From sequence record PQ390715.1: a stretch of DNA of 64,000 bases. One strand, 5' to 3'. Position numbers and translations under genes: made by a program. The notes beneath the pieces were generated by a model. That model had not been told where the DNA came from. It searched no databases and saw only the letters and a list, made by a program, of their open reading frames with translations. Positions 53,755 to 60,701 of this stretch are shown one piece after another (position 1 is the first letter of the stretch; the number at the start of each line of letters is the position of its first letter).

Positions 53755-53794
53755 AGCACCTCATTAATGTTTATATACATTATTTAGAGGTGCT
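53755..53794 (-). promoter_or_regulatory. RBS-sequestering hairpin enclosing a late promoter (gp13)
   Basis: mRNA AGCACCTC-TAAATA...-GAGGTGCT, then 5 nt to the ATG. Confidence 0.75.
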
Positions 53795-53799
53795 AATAG

Positions 53800-54018
53800 T
53801 TATTTTGAATTATACAAGCAGTACAGGTATACCAATGGAGTAAAATGCTCGGAATCTATTATATATATTAACTGAGTAACATATATTCCATATAGATCTC
53901 GTGATTTATCTCTGTACATTAACAATGATTTATTTAAGTAAGGATCAACCCAGTACTTAATATCATTGTACTTCAACGTGTTATTACGGTAACCTGACAG
54001 TTTCGAATTTTTATTCAA
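53800..54018 (-). CDS. Hypothetical protein
   Basis: 72-aa ORF overlapping the upstream stop codon. Confidence 0.5.
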   Translation of the reverse strand: MNKNSKLSGYRNNTLKYNDIKYWVDPYLNKSLLMYRDKSRDLYGIYVTQLIYIIDSEHFTPLVYLYCLYNSK

Positions 54019-54388
54019 TTTTCTTACAATTACTCAGTAAGTGAATGATATCATCAGCAGTGAATGGTCCCAATACCAGAACTTCTTCACCATTACCGAA
54101 AATGCTCAATGGTACTGATTGCTGACCAGCTAGATATTCAATTTGTTCCAGTTCGAAAATGTCATCAGCAGCATAAACTACCTGCTCCATTTCATTATCT
54201 TTAATCCATGACTGCCAATGTTCTTTAAACTTCTTAGCTTCGTATTCTTGAACATAGTTAGGTGATTCAGGGTTGTATTGATGTAACATAGTCATCCCAG
54301 CCATTACTAATTCTTTAGGGGATGGTGTAGAATCTTTCAGTACTACGATAGCTTGGATAGTTTTTACTTTAACGTCATTAGCAGCCAT
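54011..54388 (-). CDS. Pth2 (peptidyl-tRNA hydrolase 2)-fold protein, degenerate
   Basis: QAIVVLKD...W.SW...VVY.ADD..EL..I...A....VP.SI...VLVLGP...D.I follows the Pth2 pattern, but GKxxAQxxH and DAGxT are absent. Confidence 0.5.
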   Translation of the reverse strand: MAANDVKVKTIQAIVVLKDSTPSPKELVMAGMTMLHQYNPESPNYVQEYEAKKFKEHWQSWIKDNEMEQVVYAADDIFELEQIEYLAGQQSVPLSIFGNGEEVLVLGPFTADDIIHLLSNCKKIE

Positions 54389-54400
54389 TATATACCTCTA

Positions 54401-54718
54401 TTATAGAATGATTTTATTCTCAGGAACGAAAACTTTTGGAGTGTTTTCGATTGCTTTAATAGCATCAACATAAGCATCAACTAATGCAGGGTTTGCATCA
54501 CTAACACTAATAATGTTGGATTTATAAAAAATAACATTTTTCTCCATACTAACAAACTCTAGATAATCACGAAGAATGATTTCACCATTTTCGTCAGTCC
54601 CTAGTTGTGCTGGGTAGTTAACTACAACAGCTTCAGCAGAATCGGTTTGTAGAACTGCTAGTACTGGGCCAATGTTATTGATGTTTAGTAGTTTAACGGT
54701 CATAGTCATTTTTGTCAA
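54401..54718 (-). CDS. Small beta-rich protein, possible Sm-like fold
   Basis: VKLLNI...VVVNYP...VIFYKSNIISVSD..P.L...Y...IIL resembles a conserved T4-like-phage Sm-like family. Confidence 0.4.
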   Translation of the reverse strand: MTKMTMTVKLLNINNIGPVLAVLQTDSAEAVVVNYPAQLGTDENGEIILRDYLEFVSMEKNVIFYKSNIISVSDANPALVDAYVDAIKAIENTPKVFVPENKIIL

Positions 54719-54728
54719 GTCCTTTTGT

Positions 54729-55205
54729 TTATTTTAGAATGTATAAGTGTTTTTCTGCATTGACCAGTCGGTGATCAATGATTTCTTTGATAACGTTCCA
54801 GTTACCGCCGCCCAAATCGGCTCCAATTTTCGGGAAGTGTACATGAACATCTCGATCAACTTTACAAAAATAATTTAGATGTTTGAACACATCGTCGATT
54901 GCATCATAACTGACATATTTAGCACCGTCATTACCGTACATTTTTTGGGTAATACAGTTTGCAATAATCAAATTATCGTTAATTGCTGAATATGCAATTT
55001 GTCCAATTCTAAGAAATCCCATTTCCTTTTCATATGCTTTATAATCATCATATGCCATTGGGTAACGATTTCTTAGCTCTTTTGCAAAACCTGAACCCAT
55101 TTTACCCTGTGCGTTACAACCATGAGCAATTATATGTATTGCTGTTTTATCATCTGTAACAGTACTGAATAATTCAAACAGATTACCTCGGTGTTCATGA
55201 ATCAT
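54729..55205 (-). CDS. Macrodomain (ADP-ribose binding/hydrolase; T4 tk.4/Poa1-like)
   Basis: GNLF, IAHGCNAQGKMGSGFA..L...YP and FPKIGADLGGGNW. Confidence 0.9.
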   Translation of the reverse strand: MIHEHRGNLFELFSTVTDDKTAIHIIAHGCNAQGKMGSGFAKELRNRYPMAYDDYKAYEKEMGFLRIGQIAYSAINDNLIIANCITQKMYGNDGAKYVSYDAIDDVFKHLNYFCKVDRDVHVHFPKIGADLGGGNWNVIKEIIDHRLVNAEKHLYILK

Positions 55206-55216
55206 TATATTCTCCG

Positions 55217-55246
55217 AAAAGAAAGGACTCTGTGATCAGAGTCCTT
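55217..55246 (-). terminator. Intrinsic terminator
   Basis: AAGGACTCTG-ATCA-CAGAGTCCTT-TCTTTT on the minus strand. Confidence 0.8.
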
Positions 55247-55254
55247 ATTTTAAA

Positions 55255-55512
55255 TTATTCTTCTTCACCGAAACGGATTTTCTTTAATTCTTTTCGATGC
55301 TTTCTAGCTATTGTACTTTTGTGAAGTCTATTACTGCGTTTTGTGTCTTTTGTAATGTACCATGAATCTTCTGGTGCATCATAATCACAAAATCCATCTT
55401 CCGTAATTGTTCCTAAAAATGCAGATTTTTTAGGAATATTAGTTTGAGCTTTAGCCTGAAATTGACCTTTTGCTAATTGTTCACGAAAACTGAGCATAAT
55501 AGTATCTCCCAA
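55255..55512 (-). CDS. Small protein with basic C-terminus
   Basis: 85 aa (probable ATG at 55497 after GGGAG); TAAATA at 55545-55550. Confidence 0.6.
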   Translation of the reverse strand: MGDTIMLSFREQLAKGQFQAKAQTNIPKKSAFLGTITEDGFCDYDAPEDSWYITKDTKRSNRLHKSTIARKHRKELKKIRFGEEE

Positions 55513-55543
55513 ATTGTTAAGAAGAACTTTTTGTTCTTCACAT

Positions 55544-55795
55544 TTATTTAGGGTTGCCAGAAACCTTCACATATTTGATAAATGCCAAAATATCATCTTT
55601 ACTAAAAGATTTTACAATAAATTCGACAGCGGAATCATACTGTTCTTGTTTAGATAGATATTCTTTCATCTTGTTAATTTTAATCTGGGCTTTTTCTTTA
55701 GCTATTGAAATATCAGGAATTTTGAACTCTACTCCCAACGTATCAGCTAGTTGTTTTGCACGAGATGATACTTTTTCAATATCCATTAGTTCCAA
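55544..55795 (-). CDS. Hypothetical protein
   Basis: 83 aa overlapping the glutaredoxin stop codon. Confidence 0.6.
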   Translation of the reverse strand: MELMDIEKVSSRAKQLADTLGVEFKIPDISIAKEKAQIKINKMKEYLSKQEQYDSAVEFIVKSFSKDDILAFIKYVKVSGNPK

Positions 55796-56034
55796 CGACC
55801 TTCTTTAAGACCTTCAATAAACCCAGTACAACCACCTGGTACATAAATGTCATTTACGAAAATTTGAGGAACTTGACGAACTGGTTCACCACAAATTTCA
55901 GACAGTTTTGAACCATCGATACCTTCAGCAACAATATCTACAAACTCCATTTCAAATTTATTTTGTTCACATACAGCTTTTGCAGTGTCGCAAAATTTAC
56001 AACCAGTCTTGCGACCATAAATTTTAACTTTCAT
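55786..56034 (-). CDS. Glutaredoxin (T4 NrdC-like)
   Basis: CKFC redox motif, VRQVPQIFV and GGCT. Confidence 0.9.
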   Translation of the reverse strand: MKVKIYGRKTGCKFCDTAKAVCEQNKFEMEFVDIVAEGIDGSKLSEICGEPVRQVPQIFVNDIYVPGGCTGFIEGLKEGRWN

Positions 56035-56035
56035 G

Positions 56036-56468
56036 TTATTTCCTTCTATTTCTTTGAAAAGCTTTAACAGCTTTAATAATACTGTTACACATTCGTTCAG
56101 TCAAATACTTTTGACATTCTCGTACATCAATGTACATGAACTTATCCAATTCTGGATGACTCTTACCATATCTATTAGTGTAAGTACTTTTACAAACTAA
56201 TTCATCTGGTATTGGTTTGTCTTTGGCAGTATAAAAGAAAAGTACTAACCTTTTTCCCTTTCTATAGGATACATCACCAAGAAACAGAAGATCATCTTCA
56301 TCGATTTCGTATCCTGTCTCTTCGAAACATTCACGTACAGCAGCTTCTTTGAAAGTTTCATTACCCTCAGCTTTCCCTTTAGGTAAATCCCAATGATTCT
56401 GTCCGTGTTGTATGTCCGATAAGTATCTGACCATCACGATAAAATATTATACCACAACTATAACGCAT
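56036..56468 (-). pseudogene. nudE: T4 NudE-like NUDIX hydrolase split by a +1 frameshift
   Basis: ATG at 56468 gives MRYSCGIIFYRDGQILIGHTT; after one extra C (56405) GQNHWDLPKG...AAVRECFEETG continues. T4 NudE begins LSAGIIF...GRVTG...WDIPKG. Confidence 0.75.
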
Positions 56469-56509
56469 ATCTTATCTCTTTGTCATCAATCGATGTTCAG
56501 ATACTAATA

Positions 56510-56537
56510 ATTATATCAGTTATTGGTTTTTTGTCCC
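56510..56537 (-). promoter_or_regulatory. Early promoter
   Basis: GGGACA-16nt-TATAAT, same pattern as 37501-37528. Confidence 0.6.
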
Positions 56538-56545
56538 ACTATTTT

Positions 56546-57658
56546 TTAGAACATTTGTTTGATTGCTTCGTAACGAAGTTCACAAACAAAATCACGAATT
56601 TCTGACGTTTCAAGTTCACCATCTTTGACCATTTGCTGAATATCAGGCAATTCAACATCAGTATAACGATCATAAACTTTAATAATTAGATCTTCAAGTT
56701 CTAAATCAATTTCTTTTCGCAAAATGAAGTATTCCAAAACTTTATAAAGGAATTCTTCACCTCCGTTATTTTTAATATTCATATCCAATAAAATATTACC
56801 CATTTCAATAGGGGTCTTTTTACGGAATGTTTTGATATCATCACGGAAACGTTTGATATAATTACTAAATTTAACATACTTAACTGGAACTTTAATAGCA
56901 CCGTTAAGTACTGAATCATTATTTACTTCTTCATTTTCAAGAAGAATAGACCACAGAAAATATGGTTTATATACATCTGTACAGTTCTCTGCAATATAAT
57001 CAATAAGGTCTAAATTCTTTTTGGTCAAAGATGTATTAAACACCTTTTCGTAATAACCAAATTTACTTAGCGTCTTAAGGAACTTTGCAGGCTTTTCTTC
57101 GGAAAATGCTTTTTCGAATTCCACAAACACACGGTCAGGAACAAGATGATTTAGCTCACCACTATTGACCATTCCAATAGCGAGTTCCTCAGTGCTTTCA
57201 TGGATAGTAAAGTCAGAATAACGAGTAGCAAATCGAGCAAGACGTAACACACGTAATGGATCTTCTTTAAAATGGTCAGACACATGACGTAGTACCTTGT
57301 TCTTGATATCAGCTTTACCACCGTATGGGTCAATGTGAATTTGTAGTACTGGATCATACGAAATTGCATTTATTGTTAGGTCACGGCGATACAAATCTTG
57401 TTCGAGTGTTACGCCTTTTGTATCCACTTCAAAGCCACCATATCCAGTACCAGTTTTACGCTCAGTACGGGCTAATGCGTGTTCATTACCTTCTGGACTT
57501 AGATATACAGGGAAATCCTTACCTACTTGCTTATAGCCAATACTTTGCAAGTACTTAATATCAGATTCAGTTGCTCCGACAATGACATAATCTTTGTCTT
57601 TTGCACGAAGACCCATTAAACGGTCACGGACGTAGCCACCAACCAAATACTTTTTCAT
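56546..57658 (-). CDS. cca: CCA-adding tRNA nucleotidyltransferase (class II), HD domain absent
   Basis: YLVGGYVRD...KDKD, VGKDFPV, ALARTERK, DL.RRDLTINA and EDPLRVLR.ARF. Confidence 0.92.
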   Translation of the reverse strand: MKKYLVGGYVRDRLMGLRAKDKDYVIVGATESDIKYLQSIGYKQVGKDFPVYLSPEGNEHALARTERKTGTGYGGFEVDTKGVTLEQDLYRRDLTINAISYDPVLQIHIDPYGGKADIKNKVLRHVSDHFKEDPLRVLRLARFATRYSDFTIHESTEELAIGMVNSGELNHLVPDRVFVEFEKAFSEEKPAKFLKTLSKFGYYEKVFNTSLTKKNLDLIDYIAENCTDVYKPYFLWSILLENEEVNNDSVLNGAIKVPVKYVKFSNYIKRFRDDIKTFRKKTPIEMGNILLDMNIKNNGGEEFLYKVLEYFILRKEIDLELEDLIIKVYDRYTDVELPDIQQMVKDGELETSEIRDFVCELRYEAIKQMF

Positions 57659-57659
57659 A

Positions 57660-57782
57660 TTATTCCCCCATCAACCAATCACGCAAACGTTCCCAGAAGC
57701 CTTTGGGCTTATATTCTGGGTATTCATATTCATCAGTGCCTTGCTCGGAAACACCCCAATCTTCTTCTAACATAGCAATCAT
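57660..57782 (-). CDS. 40-aa acidic microprotein (not in ORF track)
   Basis: GGAGG-ATG, MIAMLEEDWGVSEQGTDEYEYPEYKPKGFWERLRDWLMGE*; fills the gap and abuts the cca start. Confidence 0.65.
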   Translation of the reverse strand: MIAMLEEDWGVSEQGTDEYEYPEYKPKGFWERLRDWLMGE

Positions 57783-57793
57783 AATGCCTCCAA

Positions 57794-58216
57794 TTAAATT
57801 AATCTATCACGTAGACGGTCGTAATATTTTTCGTGTATAGCTAGTATACACTGATATGCAGAATAGTCAATGCCAAATGTATCATCAATGAACATGTACT
57901 GATCAAGTGTTTCTGGTCCATTATCATCAACTGGTAATGTCCCTTCTTTTTTTGATAGGGTGTGCCACATCAACTCACTTTCAATATGGTGAGTTGCGTA
58001 TGTCAATTCAATCTTACTTTTTCTTAGTAAAATTAACAATTCATCATTGTCGTCGAGTGCATTACGAAATTTAATACGAACAGTACCCTGAAAATTATTA
58101 GTGTACATAACACGATGTTGATTATATGTAACTAAACCACGTCTTTCAGTACTGATTTCGTGTTCAGCAAAGTACTTTAACGTTTCATTAAATTTTGGAA
58201 TTTTAGTAACGTCCAA
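57794..58216 (-). CDS. Hypothetical protein, paralog A of tandem pair
   Basis: C-terminal GTLPV...LDQYMFIDDTFGIDYSAYQ.I. Confidence 0.75.
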   Translation of the reverse strand: MDVTKIPKFNETLKYFAEHEISTERRGLVTYNQHRVMYTNNFQGTVRIKFRNALDDNDELLILLRKSKIELTYATHHIESELMWHTLSKKEGTLPVDDNGPETLDQYMFIDDTFGIDYSAYQCILAIHEKYYDRLRDRLI

Positions 58217-58619
58217 TCACATAATCCTCATAAAGTTTGTATACCCTCATTATACTCTGATATGTATCAAAGTCAATGCCAAAGGTATCATCAATGAACT
58301 GATATTGCAAAAACTCTTCCTCTGTAGCAGCAATAGGAAGAGTACCGTTTCGTTGTTCTGTTGATTGAACATCCTCAATATACATCAACACTATACTTTC
58401 ATCCAGATTTATATCTATCATAAAAACATCTTCACTATAAAATATGTTATATGTACGGATGAAGAGATTTCCTGTTCTATCATAACTTGACACGTGTGTT
58501 TCATAATACATTTTATCTAAACTAAAGAACAAACCTGTACTATCTGGCTTTTTAGTATTTTTTAATTTAATTTCGATAGCATCAATCATAGGTTTAATAT
58601 CAAACTTTTTCATAGACAA
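58203..58619 (-). CDS. Hypothetical protein, paralog B of tandem pair
   Basis: C-terminal GTLPI...FLQYQFIDDTFGIDFDTYQ.I. Confidence 0.75.
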   Translation of the reverse strand: MSMKKFDIKPMIDAIEIKLKNTKKPDSTGLFFSLDKMYYETHVSSYDRTGNLFIRTYNIFYSEDVFMIDINLDESIVLMYIEDVQSTEQRNGTLPIAATEEEFLQYQFIDDTFGIDFDTYQSIMRVYKLYEDYVIGRY

Positions 58620-58795
58620 ATCACATACTTATTACTATGTGGATCGTAACAATATGAATCATTTACCTTAATACCAGGCTTAAGTTCAATAGTTGTTCCT
58701 GTTTCTGTACTGGGTTCTGCATCACAATAAATCATCACACCAACCCCGACTAGTAAGGATATGATACATATAACTATACATATTGTATATTCCAT
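58610..58795 (-). CDS. Small membrane protein
   Basis: N-terminal hydrophobic helix ICIVICIISLLVGVGVMIY; SD GGAG. Confidence 0.65.
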   Translation of the reverse strand: MEYTICIVICIISLLVGVGVMIYCDAEPSTETGTTIELKPGIKVNDSYCYDPHSNKYVICL

Positions 58796-58808
58796 AAATT
58801 TATCTCCA

Positions 58809-59204
58809 TTATAAAAAGTAATTATACAGTTTATTGTACAATATAAAAAGGTCTTTCACATTATCATAAGTAATATCAGATACATCATGAATTAATGATA
58901 ACTGAAAAAATGAAGCTTCGTCTATTTCTGCTGGAATTATAACATCACCATCTTCTTCGTCCATTTTATTGGTGTAGTATTTTATGTGATCTACATTCAA
59001 CTCAATAGAGAACGCAATGTTGGTTTTTGTATAATCTTCAATTAATCCAATATATTGAGATTTTTCATTAATAAAAAATCCAATCCCAACACAACGGTTA
59101 TCTGGATATGGATAGTACCATCTATTAATAACTAGGTGTTCAGGTAAGTCCATATCATGTGTTGATATTATAGATTTTACAATTTCCATCCAGGAATAAT
59201 TCAT
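58809..59204 (-). CDS. Hypothetical protein with C-terminal EIDE..FFQLS motif
   Basis: 131 aa; SD GGAG. Confidence 0.7.
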   Translation of the reverse strand: MNYSWMEIVKSIISTHDMDLPEHLVINRWYYPYPDNRCVGIGFFINEKSQYIGLIEDYTKTNIAFSIELNVDHIKYYTNKMDEEDGDVIIPAEIDEASFFQLSLIHDVSDITYDNVKDLFILYNKLYNYFL

Positions 59205-59220
59205 AATTAAAACTCCATAA

Positions 59221-59249
59221 GAAAAGGGACAGAATTAATCTGTCCCTTT
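59221..59249 (-). terminator. Intrinsic terminator after HPF
   Basis: AAAGGGACAGA-TTAAT-TCTGTCCCTTT-TC on the minus strand. Confidence 0.85.
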
Positions 59250-59257
59250 AGTATATA

Positions 59258-59590
59258 TTACTCTTCGTTTTCTGTCAAATCATCAAGAACTGGGTGTTCT
59301 GGATGGTTTCGGCGGTGTAATTTAATGCTTTTGTCTTTACTGAATACAGTTTCCATTTTTTCAAATGAATCACCAATTGCTTTGTATAAATCTGCTGCAT
59401 CGGCAGTAACTGATTTACTACCTGATGTTAGAGTCACAGAGTATTGAGACTTATGCTCTTTCTTCACATGAACTTCAATATCCATTACAGTTGAAGTACG
59501 GAACTTTTCAAGACATTTAGCACCATCGTAAATTGCATCTTGAATTGCTGTAGTAAAATCAACATTACCTTGAATATTTAATTTTAGCAT
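59258..59590 (-). CDS. hpf: Ribosome hibernation promoting factor (HPF/RaiA, S30AE family)
   Basis: LNIQG-NVDFTTAIQD.I....LEKF...V.V.......A.A.DLYKAI.....K.E aligns by eye with E. coli HPF. Confidence 0.7.
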   Translation of the reverse strand: MLKLNIQGNVDFTTAIQDAIYDGAKCLEKFRTSTVMDIEVHVKKEHKSQYSVTLTSGSKSVTADAADLYKAIGDSFEKMETVFSKDKSIKLHRRNHPEHPVLDDLTENEE

Positions 59591-59606
59591 AATTTACCTA
59601 CCTTTT

Positions 59607-60533
59607 TTAGAGTGAACTTAACAACAAATCTGCTCGGTTTGTAACTTGACGATACCATAAGGAATTCATTATTTCTTTTTTAAATTTCTTAGGGTTATCA
59701 TTTTTTACACTGTTCCAAAGTTTATTAAACGAAGCTAACTTATCTACTCCCATTGTATAGCACATTTCAAAAAGAATACGTTGTTGTTCTTTGGTCAGAT
59801 TTACTGCTTGTTTTTTCTGCATCAATAATAAAAAGTCATCATATGTTCTTTTCATATCTTGCATTAAAAGTTTGTTGGCTTGAGCTTTGGTAATACCGTT
59901 TCTGTACTTGATAGCATCAGATTCTTTTCTTCCCAAATAATGCCCATAACCGATTGTATAATTACCTTTCATATCCTTGTAAGGATGAAATTTAGAATTG
60001 TGGAAAGGAACTCCGACTTTCCCACCAAGTAAACGGCGTTTGTTCTTGGACTGAAATTCAATTGAACCTTCAGCTTCTTTGATGTGATTGACAATTTCTG
60101 GATCATTATAATCAAACTGTACAGTCACATCTGGTAACAATACGTTCTTCAAATCCTCTTTTGTTGGGATAAAGATACCCTGAGAAGTATGAAGAGTAGC
60201 ATTTAAATTGATATTTTTCAACAAAATAACATACTCTTCAAGTTGTACATTTTTAGGTTTAAACTTTTTAGCAATAGAATAATAACTATCACCAGGTTGA
60301 ACCGTATAATGCTTCTCGCCGCGTGGAACATCCTTTGATATTTCTACCTTTGGTAATTCCTGCTTTTGAATTTGCGTAACTTGTGGTTTTAAATTGTGTA
60401 CCTGACTTTCGTCCGATGATGATACACGATCATTTTGAGAAAAACCATAAAATCCAATCGCAGCGACAAGTACTGTGCAAACTAGAACACCATAAGTAGT
60501 CTTAGTTTTCAGTGCTTTTTTCGCTTGTTTCAA
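59607..60533 (-). CDS. Membrane-anchored LysM + T4-type (GH24) lysozyme
   Basis: Basic N-terminus and TM helix, LysM (YTVQPGDSYYSIAKKF...L..IN), lysozyme IKEAEG...D..G..TIGYGH and SLWYRQV.NRA; TTG start at 60533 after GGAGG. Confidence 0.8.
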   Translation of the reverse strand: MKQAKKALKTKTTYGVLVCTVLVAAIGFYGFSQNDRVSSSDESQVHNLKPQVTQIQKQELPKVEISKDVPRGEKHYTVQPGDSYYSIAKKFKPKNVQLEEYVILLKNINLNATLHTSQGIFIPTKEDLKNVLLPDVTVQFDYNDPEIVNHIKEAEGSIEFQSKNKRRLLGGKVGVPFHNSKFHPYKDMKGNYTIGYGHYLGRKESDAIKYRNGITKAQANKLLMQDMKRTYDDFLLLMQKKQAVNLTKEQQRILFEMCYTMGVDKLASFNKLWNSVKNDNPKKFKKEIMNSLWYRQVTNRADLLLSSL

Positions 60534-60537
60534 AACG

Positions 60538-60605
60538 CCTCCTTTGTTGATTGTTAAGATGGGCAATCACAAAGATGGCAAAGAGGCCATTTGCAAAAGC
60601 CTCAT
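60538..60605 (-). promoter_or_regulatory. Structured 5' leader with anti-SD hairpin
   Basis: CTTTGTGATTG pairs with CAATCA(A)CAAAG abutting GAGG; alternative helices GAGGC/GCCTC and ATGGC/GCCAT. Confidence 0.55.
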
Positions 60606-60649
60606 CGGACTTTCTACAGTACAAAAACGTTCTTTTCAAATGTTTAAGT

Positions 60650-60687
60650 AGTATAGCATATTTTTATTTTATTACAAGACATATTTA
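60650..60687 (-). promoter_or_regulatory. Tandem late (TAAATA) and sigma70-type promoters of the lysozyme gene
   Basis: TAAATA at 60682-60687; TTGTAA-16nt-TATACT with TGn extension at 60650-60677. Confidence 0.5.
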
Positions 60688-60701
60688 CTGTAAAAACCAC
60701 A

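Noticed and set aside
56405-56437. Tracked GTG start of the Nudix ORF (MMVRYLSDIQH)
   Set aside because: No SD, and the real NudE-like N-terminus lies in another frame starting at 56468.
60590-60615. CCGATGAG resembling a hammerhead core (CUGAUGA)
   Set aside because: The core has a mismatch, and there is no GAAA or stem III in the required position.
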